Shown one piece after another: positions 7,835 through 17,619 of a stretch of 18,901 nt of DNA; position 1 is the stretch's first letter, and each line of letters opens with the position of its first letter. The notes beneath the pieces were generated by a model that worked only from the letters and a program-made list of their open reading frames with translations, had not been told where the DNA came from and did not search any database. The stretch is from an uncultured Dehalococcoidia bacterium. Lineage in GTDB: Bacteria > Chloroflexota > Dehalococcoidia > Lucifugimonadales > UBA3495. The stretch covers positions 1 through 18,901 of the forward strand of contig CATMOE010000066.1 of NCBI GenBank assembly GCA_950072105.1, written 5' to 3'. Position numbers and translations under genes: made by a program.

Positions 7835-8749
7835 ATGTGCGGCGTTGGCGGCATTCTTTACAAGAAAATCGGGAACCAGGGCACATCCCCCGTAGGTAAG
7901 GACCTGGTCAAGATGCTGGAGTCCATGACCCATCGGGGTCAAGACTCCAGCGGTTTCACCGTGGTTGGTGAAGATATTGACGGCGATCTGGTGCTCCGCA
8001 TCTGGACGGATGACCCGGCTCAGGCTGCGGATGTACTGTCTATGGCAGAAGAGGCGCTGCAGAAGGCTGGCGGTGTGGTGAGAACCCGTAGCGCCTGGGG
8101 TCAGTTTTTGCGGCTGACAATCGATTACGAGGGAGAGATACCTGCTCTGGCGGAAGCGATTTTGAACACGCCAGGGGTAGCCCTACACAGCATAGGTGAA
8201 ACCTCCGAAGTCATCAAAGACGTGGGCACACCCGTCGCGATGGACGGCATCCACTCCTTGAGTCAGATGAGGGGCACCCACGGCATTGGACACGTTCGCA
8301 TGGCCACCGAGAGCCGAGTCGACGTTAACCACGCCCATCCTTTCTGGGCGTATCCTTTCACTGACGTTACCGTGGTCCACAACGGCCAGCTAACCAACTA
8401 CCACAAGCTAAAACGCATGTATGAAGACCAAGGCCACCGTTTTCAGACCGGCAACGACTCTGAGTTGATCGCCGTCTACCTCGCCGACAAACTTGCCAAC
8501 GGAGACACGTTGGACAGCGCTTTGCGGAGTTCGCTGAGCGACCTTGACGGAACGTTCACTTACCTGGTGTCCACCAAAGACGGCCTAGGCTACGCCAAAG
8601 ACCAATGGTCGGCCAAGCCGCTGGTGACCATGGAGACTGACGATATTATCGCTATAGCATCTGAAGAGATTGCGCTCCGGGGTGTTTTCAACCAGGAAAT
8701 CGACCGGGTAGAGCCTCAAAACAACGAGGTCATGACTTGGTTATTGTAG
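7835..8749 (+). CDS. mgsA: Class II glutamine amidotransferase-like protein; N-methylglutamate synthase subunit A (GlxB-like)
   Basis: N-terminal MCG nucleophile, HRGQDSSG, GHVRMATES, AHPF, HNGQ and NDSE motifs. It is the first gene of the glxBCD triad. Confidence 0.85.
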   Translation: MCGVGGILYKKIGNQGTSPVGKDLVKMLESMTHRGQDSSGFTVVGEDIDGDLVLRIWTDDPAQAADVLSMAEEALQKAGGVVRTRSAWGQFLRLTIDYEGEIPALAEAILNTPGVALHSIGETSEVIKDVGTPVAMDGIHSLSQMRGTHGIGHVRMATESRVDVNHAHPFWAYPFTDVTVVHNGQLTNYHKLKRMYEDQGHRFQTGNDSELIAVYLADKLANGDTLDSALRSSLSDLDGTFTYLVSTKDGLGYAKDQWSAKPLVTMETDDIIAIASEEIALRGVFNQEIDRVEPQNNEVMTWLL

Positions 8750-9420
8750 ACGCCGCAGGGCTGACCACCCGGGAACTGAACGGCCGCCTTAAGGAGTTGG
8801 CAGCCAGTGGCCAGGAAATCACTGTTCTGAACCCTCATGCAGGGCACAACATTGCCGTGGGGATATTCGAAAGTTGCAGAATACAAATAACCGGCAGTGT
8901 GGGTTACTACGCCGCAAGCCTGCTGGACGGTCCCGAGGTCGCCATCGATGGCAATGCGGGCTGGGCCTTGGGTGAGAACATGATGGCTGGCAAGATCACA
9001 CTGACCAAAGATGCCGGAGCCTCGGTAGGCTCGACCATGCGAGGAGGAGAGTTGTTCGTGGGCGGTAACGCCGGGGCCCGGGCCGGCATATCCATGAAGG
9101 GCGGCACCCTCATCGTTGGAGGCAACGCCGGGTTCCTCACCGGATTTATGATGCAGAAGGGCCGAATCATTGTTTGCGGCGACGTGGGTGAGGCGGTGGG
9201 GGATTCCATGTACGAAGGCGCGATCTACGTGGGAGGAGAAATCGGCTCTTTGGGCACCGATGCCAAGACCGAGGAAATTGGTGAGGATGAGTTGTTGGAT
9301 ATCCTGGCAACTTTGGAAAGTCACGGAATTAAACAGAGGTACACATTCACCAAAGTGGTTTCGGCCAAAAAGCTATATCACTTCGACTCCCTGGAACGCC
9401 TGGAAAAGACTGTTATCTGA
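8737..9420 (+). CDS. mgsB: GXGXG beta-helix protein; N-methylglutamate synthase subunit B (GlxC-like)
   Basis: Repeated G.AG...G.M.GG...V.G units (GltB C-terminal/FwdC-like) and SLGTDA. The TTG start overlaps the mgsA stop. Confidence 0.85.
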   Translation: MVIVDAAGLTTRELNGRLKELAASGQEITVLNPHAGHNIAVGIFESCRIQITGSVGYYAASLLDGPEVAIDGNAGWALGENMMAGKITLTKDAGASVGSTMRGGELFVGGNAGARAGISMKGGTLIVGGNAGFLTGFMMQKGRIIVCGDVGEAVGDSMYEGAIYVGGEIGSLGTDAKTEEIGEDELLDILATLESHGIKQRYTFTKVVSAKKLYHFDSLERLEKTVI

Positions 9421-9516
9421 CCACAAGTTCGCAATCTCACTGCAGAGTACGCAAATGCGCGGAAGAACACTACTTGAGTGCCCGGCGATGAGTATCGGTG
9501 CAGGCAAGGATCTTTT

Positions 9517-10812
9517 ATGGTAATGGGCAGCAGCCAGTTATGGCCACCCTGGGTGATGGAGGATATCCATGCCAAGTCGGAGCTTGGTCGCTACCGGATC
9601 CGGGGATTCAGCACCTTCCAGAAAGTAACCCACTTTGACGACCTCACCTTCCTGTCGACCGGCCTGACTCGCTTCCCACTGGAAGGTTACAAGGAACGCT
9701 GCAACACCCGGACGGTCATAGGCGCTCGTTATGCCGAGAACCCCTTGGTACTGGATACACCCATCTACATAAGCGGAATGAGTTACGGCGCCCTCTCGGC
9801 CAATGCCAAGACAGCCCTCGGCAAAGGCGCGGCCATGGTCGGTTCCGCCAGTTGCACCGGAGACGGAGGCCAGCTGCCCAGCGAAAGAGAAGCGGCGGAC
9901 AAGCTGATCTACCAGGTCTTGCCCAGCCGCTACGGTTTTAATCCCCACCACCTGGCCCAAGCCCAAGCCATTGAAATCGTGGTGGGCCAGGGCGCCAAGC
10001 CCGGCACCGGCGGTCTTCTCATGGGTGTCAAAGTGCTCGACGACATTGCCGACATGCGGGACCTGCCGCAAGGGATTGACCAGCGCAGCCCGGCCAGGCA
10101 TCCTGACTGGCTAGGACCTGACGACTTGGCTGTTAAAATCGAGCAACTGCGGGAGGCGACAGATTGGCGAATCCCCGTCCATGTCAAGTTGGGGGCGTGC
10201 CGCGTCGGCGACGACGTTAAGCTGGCTGCCAAGGCAGGGGCCGACGCCATAGTCATCGATAGCATGGTGGCGGGCACCGGCGCTTCGGCGGAGGTGTTAA
10301 TCGAGCACAGCGGCATTCCCACGGTCCCGGCCATCGTGATGGCCCGGGAAGCGCTTCGTGAATTGGGACTTTACGGCAAGGTCAGCCTAATTGCTTCCGG
10401 TGGCATCCGCCATGGGGCGGACGCCGCCAAGGCTCTGGCCCTGGGGGCCGACGCCGTGGCCATCGGCACTGCGGGCTTGATTGCATTGAATTGCAACAAG
10501 GAAATTACCGAATCGGACTTTGAATCGGAGGTAGGCGTGCCCGCTGGCTTCTGCCACCACTGCCATACCGGCAAATGCCCGGTGGGAATCGCCACCCAAA
10601 ACCCCGAATTGACCAAGCGCCTGGACCCAGACGAGGCGGCCGAGCGGGTGGCCAATTTCCTGAACTCCATGACCATGGAAATGGCCCTCCTCACCCGGTC
10701 TTTAGGCAAAAGTGATGTGCATAGCCTGGAGCCCGAGGACTTGGCCGCCCTCACCATAGAGGCTTCGGCCATGGCCCGCGTGCCCCTGGTTGGGACCAAC
10801 AAGGTTTATTGA
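9517..10812 (+). CDS. mgsC: FMN-binding glutamate-synthase-family protein; N-methylglutamate synthase subunit C (GlxD-like)
   Basis: GMSYGALS, GQGAKPG.GG.L, RHPDWLGPDDL..KI, SGGIR.GAD.AKALALGAD and the Fe-S motif CHHCHTGKCPVG. The ATG at 9517 follows AAGGA (the ORF track starts at GTG 9478). Confidence 0.88.
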   Translation: MVMGSSQLWPPWVMEDIHAKSELGRYRIRGFSTFQKVTHFDDLTFLSTGLTRFPLEGYKERCNTRTVIGARYAENPLVLDTPIYISGMSYGALSANAKTALGKGAAMVGSASCTGDGGQLPSEREAADKLIYQVLPSRYGFNPHHLAQAQAIEIVVGQGAKPGTGGLLMGVKVLDDIADMRDLPQGIDQRSPARHPDWLGPDDLAVKIEQLREATDWRIPVHVKLGACRVGDDVKLAAKAGADAIVIDSMVAGTGASAEVLIEHSGIPTVPAIVMAREALRELGLYGKVSLIASGGIRHGADAAKALALGADAVAIGTAGLIALNCNKEITESDFESEVGVPAGFCHHCHTGKCPVGIATQNPELTKRLDPDEAAERVANFLNSMTMEMALLTRSLGKSDVHSLEPEDLAALTIEASAMARVPLVGTNKVY

Positions 10813-10987
10813 GCGATCAGCCGTCAACGATCAATGGTGGCCATTTGCCCTTTAAACTTCGTCAATCCGGAGAGGGCCGAAATTCATATGCGGGCAATTC
10901 TGGGCAGGGCAAAAGTAATGGCAGGAGAGTTTCTTACCGGGAGTGTCTCTCAGCCGATGGCTAACAGGTCTCTAAAGGAGAAATTTC

Positions 10988-12346
10988 ATGGCCACCATTG
11001 AAGAAATTCGCCGGCGAATGGACGAAGACAAGATCGAGTATGTCCTGACCCAGTTCGTGGACATCAATGGCTCACCAAAGGTCAAGATGGTCCCAGCTTC
11101 CCATGTGGATGACGTGGTGGACACCGGCGCCGGGTTCGCAGGTGGGGCGCTTCCGGGCATGGGTCAGGGTCCCCACTCCCACGACATGCTGGCCCGAATC
11201 GACCTTGACACCTACACCCTGGTGCCTTGGACCGAAGGCGTCGTCCGCTTTGCCTGCGACCTGTACGTGGACAACGAACCCCACATGTTCTGCCCTCGCC
11301 AGAACTTCAAGCGGGTGCTTTCCAACCTGCGGGCCGATGGCTACGTCTTCAACGTAGGCATTGAGCCGGAGCATTTTCTGGTCACTAGGAATGGCGACGG
11401 CTCCATTAAAGTCTGGGACCCCAACGACGTGGACACTCTGAGCAAAGCTTGCTACGACTTCAAAGGCATCGCCAATGTCATGGACTATCTGAGGGACATG
11501 ATGGACGGCATAAAGCGGGTGGGTTGGGATACCTACCAATCTGACCACGAAGACGCCAACGGACAATATGAAATCAATTTCGTCTACGATGACGCCTTGG
11601 TAACGGCAGACCGCTACACCTTCTTCAAGATGATGTCCAGCCAGTACGCCCAGAAGTACGGGGCCATCGCCACCCACATGGCCAAGCCCTTTACAGACCG
11701 CACCGGCAGCGCAGGGCATATCCACTACCACCTGGCCGACGCCCTAACCGGGGAGAACGTGTTCCTTGACGAAGAAGATCCCAGAGGGCTGGGCCTCTCG
11801 GAGACGGCCTATCACTTTATCGGTGGCATCCTCGCCCACGCTCCGGCTCTATGCTGCGTGATGTCTCCCACCGTCAATTGCTACAAGCGCCTCCAAGTTG
11901 GCCCGGCGTTGATGGGTTCAACCTCAGGGTTTCTGTGGACACCAGCCTTCGTTTCCTACGGCGACAATAACCGGACTCAAATGATTCGCACCGCCGGTCC
12001 TGGGCATCTGGAAGACCGGACAATGTCAGCGGCCTGCAACCCCTATCTGTCGTTCGCCGCCTACGTTACGGCGGGCATGGACGGCATCCGGCGCAAGCTG
12101 GACCCGGGCGAACCTAACCTGGGCAACCTATACGACTTGGGGCTGGAGGAAATCCGGCGCCGGGGAATCCGCCTGCTGCCACAGACCCTAGCGGAAGCCC
12201 TGCAAGAGCTAAAGCAAGACGAACTAGTTCAGTCATCATTGGGCGTAATCTACGACGAGTTTACCATGGTAAAAGAGGGAGAATGGCGGGAGTATCACCG
12301 CCAGGTTACCCAGTGGGAGCTTGATCGATATTTGACGATGTTTTAG
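10988..12346 (+). CDS. glnT: Type III glutamine synthetase-like protein (GlnT), likely gamma-glutamylmethylamide synthetase (GmaS)
   Basis: QFVDING.PK.KMVP, GIEPEHFL, YQSDHEDANGQYEINF, MAKPF, PTVNCYKRL and YGDNNRTQMIR motifs. AAAGGAG RBS. Adjacent to mgsABC. Confidence 0.88.
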   Translation: MATIEEIRRRMDEDKIEYVLTQFVDINGSPKVKMVPASHVDDVVDTGAGFAGGALPGMGQGPHSHDMLARIDLDTYTLVPWTEGVVRFACDLYVDNEPHMFCPRQNFKRVLSNLRADGYVFNVGIEPEHFLVTRNGDGSIKVWDPNDVDTLSKACYDFKGIANVMDYLRDMMDGIKRVGWDTYQSDHEDANGQYEINFVYDDALVTADRYTFFKMMSSQYAQKYGAIATHMAKPFTDRTGSAGHIHYHLADALTGENVFLDEEDPRGLGLSETAYHFIGGILAHAPALCCVMSPTVNCYKRLQVGPALMGSTSGFLWTPAFVSYGDNNRTQMIRTAGPGHLEDRTMSAACNPYLSFAAYVTAGMDGIRRKLDPGEPNLGNLYDLGLEEIRRRGIRLLPQTLAEALQELKQDELVQSSLGVIYDEFTMVKEGEWREYHRQVTQWELDRYLTMF

Positions 12347-12360
12347 CGGTCTCCAGAGAT

Positions 12361-12609
12361 ATGGCTTTTCTTCTAAACTGCCCCAACTGTGGGGAACGAA
12401 ACGTCCATGAATTCCGCTTCGGCGGCGAAGCAACGTCCCGGCCTACGCCCAACAGCACGCCGGACGATTGGATCAGGTATTTCTACAACCGAGGCAACGT
12501 GGCCGGCGTGCAGCGAGAATGGTGGAACCACCGCTATGGTTGCCGTAAGTGGTTCTTCGCCCTGCGCGACACTGTGAGCAACCAGATACAAGAAACTTTG
12601 TGGCCGTGA
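12361..12609 (+). CDS. soxD: Sarcosine oxidase/NMG dehydrogenase delta subunit (Zn-binding)
   Basis: CPNCGER..EF.FGGE, RGN.AG..REWW.H.YGCRKWF...RDT. Confidence 0.92.
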   Translation: MAFLLNCPNCGERNVHEFRFGGEATSRPTPNSTPDDWIRYFYNRGNVAGVQREWWNHRYGCRKWFFALRDTVSNQIQETLWP

Positions 12610-12640
12610 GCAATCGCGTGCATTGTATTCGCCGAGGCGG

Positions 12641-12674
12641 AAATCCCCCCAACACCCCTTTAACAAAGAGGGGC
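12641..12674. repeat. REP-like palindromic element
   Basis: AAATCCCCCCAACACCCCTTTAACAAAGAGGGGC: a C-run plus a CCCCTTT/AAAGAGGGG hairpin in the soxD-soxA spacer. Single copy in this window. Confidence 0.45.
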
Positions 12675-12684
12675 TTCTAGAGCT

Positions 12685-15633
12685 ATGGCCGGCGATAGCC
12701 ACAACCAAAGACTCAAGCCCCAGCCCACTGAGTTGATTGACCGCAACAAATCTTTGGAGTTTCAGTTTGATGGCCGGCGAGTCAACGCCCATCAAGGCGA
12801 CACAGTTGCTTCCGCTCTCCACGCCGCAGGTGTGGCCATCCTGAGCCGGGGCTTCAAGTACCACCGGCCCAGGGGCTTTCTGTGCGGGGCGGGCCGCTGC
12901 CCCAACTGCCTGGTTAACGTGGACGGTGTGCCCAACGTTCGCGCATGCACTCAGCAGGTCCGGCAGGCCATGAATGTCCGGCACCAGAACGCTTGGCCTT
13001 CCCTAAACCTTGACTTCCTATCTGTCCTAGACCGCCTGCAATGGTTGATGCCGGTGGGCTTCTACTACAAAGCGTTTCACCGGCCGAAGTTCCTTTGGGG
13101 CCTGGCCCAACGAGTTATTCGCCGGGTCGGCGGGCTAGGGAGCGTCGACATTGATGCAGATCCGGTCACCACCTACCGCCACCGGTACCACCACTCAGAC
13201 GTGGCGGTGGTCGGCGGCGGTCCGGCTGGATTGGCGGCCGCATTAGGAGCGGCGGAGCAGGGCGTAGGGGTGACCCTGATCGACGACCAACCTGAATTGG
13301 GCGGTCACCTGCTCTTCAACTCCAAGGACTTCAGCGGTCTTCCAGACTTGGTTGACGGTTCCGGTCCGGAGGTCGCCAGCAGGCTGATTCAACGGGTAAT
13401 AGAGTCGGCCAATATCGAGGTTATTGCAGGGGCAACGGTATTTGCCCAATACCAGGACAATCTGCTGACCATTCTCCACGGCGATGAGCTAGTTAAGGTC
13501 CGGGCCAAGAGTGTCGTATTGGCCACCGGTACCTACGAAGTGCCTTTGCAGTTCCAGAACAACGACTTGCCGGGCATCATGCTGACCACAGCCGCCCAAC
13601 GCCTGATTCATCTTTACGGCGTCAAGCCGGGCAACACCGTGGTGGTGGCGACGGTTAACGACCAAGCTTACCAGGCTGCCCTGGACCTGCTGAACGCAGG
13701 CGTGGAAGTGGCTGCCGTCGTGGACGTGCGGCCAACATATTCCCACGGACTGGAAGCCGCCACTACCCTAATTTCCCGCGGAGTGCCGTTATTAACTGGT
13801 CACGCCATAACCCACGCCACAGGAAAGAAAAGAGTGAGGGCAGTGGTTGTGGCCAGTGTGAGTCCAAGAAGCCCTGATAGCCCTGCCCGCCGCATAACCT
13901 GCGATCTGGTTTGCATGGCCGGTGGCTTCCAGCCCGCCAACGCGTTGCTCCAACACGCTGGTGGTTCGCTGGATTACGACGAGAAATCGGGCGAGGGGAT
14001 TCCCCATGATTTGCCTAACGGCGTTTACGTAGCGGGCGAAGTAACAGGGGTCCACGATTTGGCAACCGCTTTGCTTCAAGGTAGGCTAGCTGGATTGGAG
14101 GCCGCAAGGCTGGTTTCAGGCCCGGGTTCCAACCAAGAAGAGATTGGCCGGGTCCGGCAGCGGCTAAACGGTTTGGAGACCGAACCAGGAATCATACCTT
14201 CATCGCCGGTCTCAGCTCCACCGGTCGAGGCTCCGACAGAAAGCCGGGGAAAGAAAATCTTCGTCTGCTTCTGCGAGGATGTGACAGTCAAAGACATCTC
14301 TCAAGCTATCGAAGAAGGGTTCGAGGACATCCAAATGCTAAAGCGGTACAGTACCGCTACCATGGGTCCTTGCCAGGGAAAGATGTGCCTGAAAGCCCTG
14401 GTTGGCTTATGCGCCCAACAGACCGGACGCACCATTGGCGACACGGGCGGCACCACGGCTAGGCCCCCGGTACAACCAGTACCACTAGCCGCCCTGGCCG
14501 GGCCCTCCCACATGCCGGTCAAGCGAACGCCCATGGACCAGAATCATCGAGACCTGGGCGCCTCAATGGTTGATCTTGGGCCCTGGCAGCGGGCCCACAG
14601 CTACGGCTCTCCCCAAGAGGAATGTCTGGCCGTTCGCCAACGGGTCGGCATCATCGACGTGACCACCTTGGGCAAGTTGGAGGTCACCGGCCGTGACGCC
14701 GGCGCATTATTGGATAAGGTGTATACCCACCACTTTTCCAACCTCCGAGTCGGCAGAATCCGTTACGGTCTGCTTTGCTCCGACAACGGCACCATCATGG
14801 ACGACGGCACTGTGACCAAGTTGGCCGAAGACCGTTACTTCGTGACCACTACCACGGGCAACGTGGACCTGATTGAAGAGTGGTTCAACTGGTGGCAGGC
14901 CGGTACCGGCTCCTGTGCCCACGTTACCAACGTCACCTCGGCCTACGCTGCCGTAAACGTAGCCGGCCCCCGGGCCCGGGATACTCTCACCAAACTAACG
15001 GACGTCGACCTCTCAGCGCAATCTTTCCGGTACATGAGATCGGCGCAAGGGGCCGTTGCCGGGGTACCAGCCATCTTATTGCGCATCGGTTTCGTGGGAG
15101 AAACGGGATGGGAGATTCACGTTCCCGCAGAGTACGGCCAACATGTTTGGGAAACCATCATGGAGGCCGGGAGGGAATTTGGCATCGCTCCGTTTGGACT
15201 GGAGGCACAGCGCATTTTGCGGCTGGAGAAGATGCACGTGATTGTCGGCCAGGACACCGATGCTGCCTCCAATCCGCTGGACAGCGGCATGGACTGGGTT
15301 GTGCGATTCGACAAGGAAGACTTCATAGGCAGAGAAGGCCTGAAATTGGCATCGGAACAGGGCCCGCGCAACAAACTTGTGGGCTTCATCATGCAAAATT
15401 GGCACGTGCCTGAGGACGGCGTGCCCGTGGTGTCGGGCGGCAAGCCGATCGGCAAGGTAACTAGCGCCCGTTTTAGTCCCACCATGAACAAGGGATTCGG
15501 CCTAGCCTGGGTTCCGGCAGAACTCGCCCAAGACGGTACGCAGATCAGCGTCCTGGTTAATGGCGTACCCCAGCCAGCTCAGGTCGCCCTTCAGCCCTTC
15601 TACGACCCGGAAGGGGAACTTTTGAGGCAATGA
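12685..15633 (+). CDS. soxA: Sarcosine oxidase/NMG dehydrogenase alpha subunit (2Fe-2S-like + NAD-binding + BFD-like + GcvT folate domain), 982 aa
   Basis: GDTVASAL, RGFKYHRPRG, GGGPAGL, NNDLPGIM, KRYSTATMGPCQG, DDGTV, RIGFVGETGWEIH and LRLEK motifs. Confidence 0.93.
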   Translation: MAGDSHNQRLKPQPTELIDRNKSLEFQFDGRRVNAHQGDTVASALHAAGVAILSRGFKYHRPRGFLCGAGRCPNCLVNVDGVPNVRACTQQVRQAMNVRHQNAWPSLNLDFLSVLDRLQWLMPVGFYYKAFHRPKFLWGLAQRVIRRVGGLGSVDIDADPVTTYRHRYHHSDVAVVGGGPAGLAAALGAAEQGVGVTLIDDQPELGGHLLFNSKDFSGLPDLVDGSGPEVASRLIQRVIESANIEVIAGATVFAQYQDNLLTILHGDELVKVRAKSVVLATGTYEVPLQFQNNDLPGIMLTTAAQRLIHLYGVKPGNTVVVATVNDQAYQAALDLLNAGVEVAAVVDVRPTYSHGLEAATTLISRGVPLLTGHAITHATGKKRVRAVVVASVSPRSPDSPARRITCDLVCMAGGFQPANALLQHAGGSLDYDEKSGEGIPHDLPNGVYVAGEVTGVHDLATALLQGRLAGLEAARLVSGPGSNQEEIGRVRQRLNGLETEPGIIPSSPVSAPPVEAPTESRGKKIFVCFCEDVTVKDISQAIEEGFEDIQMLKRYSTATMGPCQGKMCLKALVGLCAQQTGRTIGDTGGTTARPPVQPVPLAALAGPSHMPVKRTPMDQNHRDLGASMVDLGPWQRAHSYGSPQEECLAVRQRVGIIDVTTLGKLEVTGRDAGALLDKVYTHHFSNLRVGRIRYGLLCSDNGTIMDDGTVTKLAEDRYFVTTTTGNVDLIEEWFNWWQAGTGSCAHVTNVTSAYAAVNVAGPRARDTLTKLTDVDLSAQSFRYMRSAQGAVAGVPAILLRIGFVGETGWEIHVPAEYGQHVWETIMEAGREFGIAPFGLEAQRILRLEKMHVIVGQDTDAASNPLDSGMDWVVRFDKEDFIGREGLKLASEQGPRNKLVGFIMQNWHVPEDGVPVVSGGKPIGKVTSARFSPTMNKGFGLAWVPAELAQDGTQISVLVNGVPQPAQVALQPFYDPEGELLRQ

Positions 15634-16361
15634 GCATTACCGCCCAAAACCAGGCCCAGTTCAATCCGATCAGGCGTAGCGCCATGCACCATAAGCACTT
15701 GCTATTGGGTGCGTTAATGGTGGAGCGTGATGGTTGGCAGCAACCGGCACACTTCGGCTCGGCAGAGGCTGAAGCAAAGCACTTGCGGGAAGCGTTGGGC
15801 ATTTGCGACATCAGCCCACGGGCCAAGTTCGTCATAAAGGGGGACCAAGCGGAACAACTTGTCTCCCGGGTTTTCCCCACAGCCTTGATTCCGGACGTAG
15901 GCGAAATAAGCGTGGAAGCCCATGCTGGCGGAATCCATGGCGCGAATGCGGCATTATGCCGACTGGCCCAAGACGAAATTATATGCGTGGCAACTACCGG
16001 ATTGGCGACATGGTTGGCCGACGGCTTGAAAGACGATTCTGGGCAATGCGTTCATTCCCTGGACATATCGTCCGCTTTGGCTGGAGTGAGCATTGCCGGC
16101 CCCCAGGCCAGTCACTTGCTAGCTATGATCTCTGAGTTGAACACGTCTGACGCGGCATTCCCCAATCTGCGTTGCGCCCAGTCCAAGTTTGCCGATATCC
16201 ACGGCACCTTGCTCAGAATCGACCTTAGCAACCTGCCCAACTACCAATTGTACTTTGGGAGGGAGTTCGGAGATTACATGTGGGACGCCTTAGTGGAAGC
16301 TGCCGAGGTTTGCGGCGGCGCACCCGTGGGCTTTGAGGCAATGGATCAATTACAAGGCTGA
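15630..16361 (+). CDS. soxG: Sarcosine oxidase gamma-like subunit (GcvT N-terminal-like), 243 aa
   Basis: ATGA overlap with soxA. GcvT-like features: RRSAMH..H, DGWQQP, ICDISP..K, IAGP.A, REFGDYMWDAL. Confidence 0.75.
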   Translation: MSITAQNQAQFNPIRRSAMHHKHLLLGALMVERDGWQQPAHFGSAEAEAKHLREALGICDISPRAKFVIKGDQAEQLVSRVFPTALIPDVGEISVEAHAGGIHGANAALCRLAQDEIICVATTGLATWLADGLKDDSGQCVHSLDISSALAGVSIAGPQASHLLAMISELNTSDAAFPNLRCAQSKFADIHGTLLRIDLSNLPNYQLYFGREFGDYMWDALVEAAEVCGGAPVGFEAMDQLQG

Positions 16362-16401
16362 CGGAATTTCACCGCAGGGCACGCCGAGATGGAAGACATA
16401 T

Positions 16402-17619
16402 ATGTTCCAGATATTTGCAAAGAATAGGATGTGGCGGAAGCAGCCACTGAAGCACCGCTACGAGGTGGTCATTATCGGCGGCGGCGTCCACGGATTGTCT
16501 ACGGCCTACTACTTGGGAAAGCTGGGCGTGACCGATGTGGCGGTGTTGGACAAAGGCTACCTGGGCGGAGGGGCTAGCGCTCGGACCACCGCTATTATCC
16601 GCTCCAATTACCTGACGCCCGAAGGGATTCCCTTCTTCAACGAAAGCGTCAAGCTGTACGAGGGCTTGGCCAAGGAGCTGAACTTTAACCTGCTGTTCAA
16701 CCAAATGGGCCGTTTGGACTTGGGCCATACCGACTCGGCGGTCTACGGGTTGAGGATGCGCACCGAATTCAACCGTATCTTGGGGGTGGACAGCCGCCTG
16801 ATCGGCCCAAAGGAGATAAAAAAGCTTGTTCCATCCATAGATTTGAGGGAGGGCAAGCACTTTCCCATCTTGGCAGCCCTGTACCACCCGCCCTGCGGCG
16901 TTATCCGCCACGATGCCGTTGTTTGGGGTTACGGTCGTGGCGCCGACAGACAAGGTGCGGAGCTACACCCCTTTACCGAAGTTACCGGCATCGACCGCAC
17001 CAATGGCCGGGTAACCGGGGTGGAGACCAGCCAGGGTCTGGTAAAAGCCAACACCGTGATCAGTGCCACGGCGGGATGGAGCTCCACGATCGCCAAGATG
17101 GTCGATTTGGAATTGCCCATTACCACCCATGCGCTGCAAGCAATGGTTACCGAGCCACTAAAACCGTTCTTGGACAAGACCATATCTTCGGCCAATCTCC
17201 ACGCCTATGTGTACCAGACCGACCGGGGTGAGGTGGTAATCGGCGGAGGCGTGGACCCCTACCCCAGCTACAGCCAACGCTCCACCTTCCAACAAATGGA
17301 GGAACTGGCGGCCAACACTCTGGAGATGTTCCCTTGTCTGAAAAATGTCAACGTGCTACGCCAATGGGCCGGGCTGTGCGATATGACTCCCGACTACGCG
17401 CCTATCTTGGGCTCGGTGGACGGCATTGAAGGCTTCATCTTGTCCTGCGGTTGGGGAAGTTGGGGTTTCAAAGCCGCCCCGGTGGCAGGCAAACGTATCG
17501 CTGAGCTTATTGCCACTGGAGAGACGCCGGAGTTGATAAAACCTTTCTCTCTTTCCAGATTTCGAGAGGGAAATCTGGTCAACGAAAGGGCCGCCGCCCC
17601 CGCCGCAGCGATACATTAG
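16402..17619 (+). CDS. soxB: Sarcosine oxidase/NMG dehydrogenase beta subunit (FAD), ~405 aa
   Basis: IIGGGVHGLSTAYYL, GGGASARTTAIIRSNY, RHDAVVWGY (the FMN-His motif region), LQAMVTEP, RQWAG.CDMTPD and GWGSWGFKA. Start revised to ATG 16402. Confidence 0.92.
   Translation: MFQIFAKNRMWRKQPLKHRYEVVIIGGGVHGLSTAYYLGKLGVTDVAVLDKGYLGGGASARTTAIIRSNYLTPEGIPFFNESVKLYEGLAKELNFNLLFNQMGRLDLGHTDSAVYGLRMRTEFNRILGVDSRLIGPKEIKKLVPSIDLREGKHFPILAALYHPPCGVIRHDAVVWGYGRGADRQGAELHPFTEVTGIDRTNGRVTGVETSQGLVKANTVISATAGWSSTIAKMVDLELPITTHALQAMVTEPLKPFLDKTISSANLHAYVYQTDRGEVVIGGGVDPYPSYSQRSTFQQMEELAANTLEMFPCLKNVNVLRQWAGLCDMTPDYAPILGSVDGIEGFILSCGWGSWGFKAAPVAGKRIAELIATGETPELIKPFSLSRFREGNLVNERAAAPAAAIH

Noticed and set aside
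9418..9477. TGA readthrough at the end of mgsB
   Set aside because: MgsB is already full length. The extension has no Cys-like motif and stops again after 18 codons.
10866..10955. Glycine riboswitch (GGAGAG...CCGAA, GGAGAG...CTCTCAG words)
   Set aside because: The conserved GCCGAAG/GCAA and CTCTCAGG elements are not arranged within a single aptamer, so only isolated words match.
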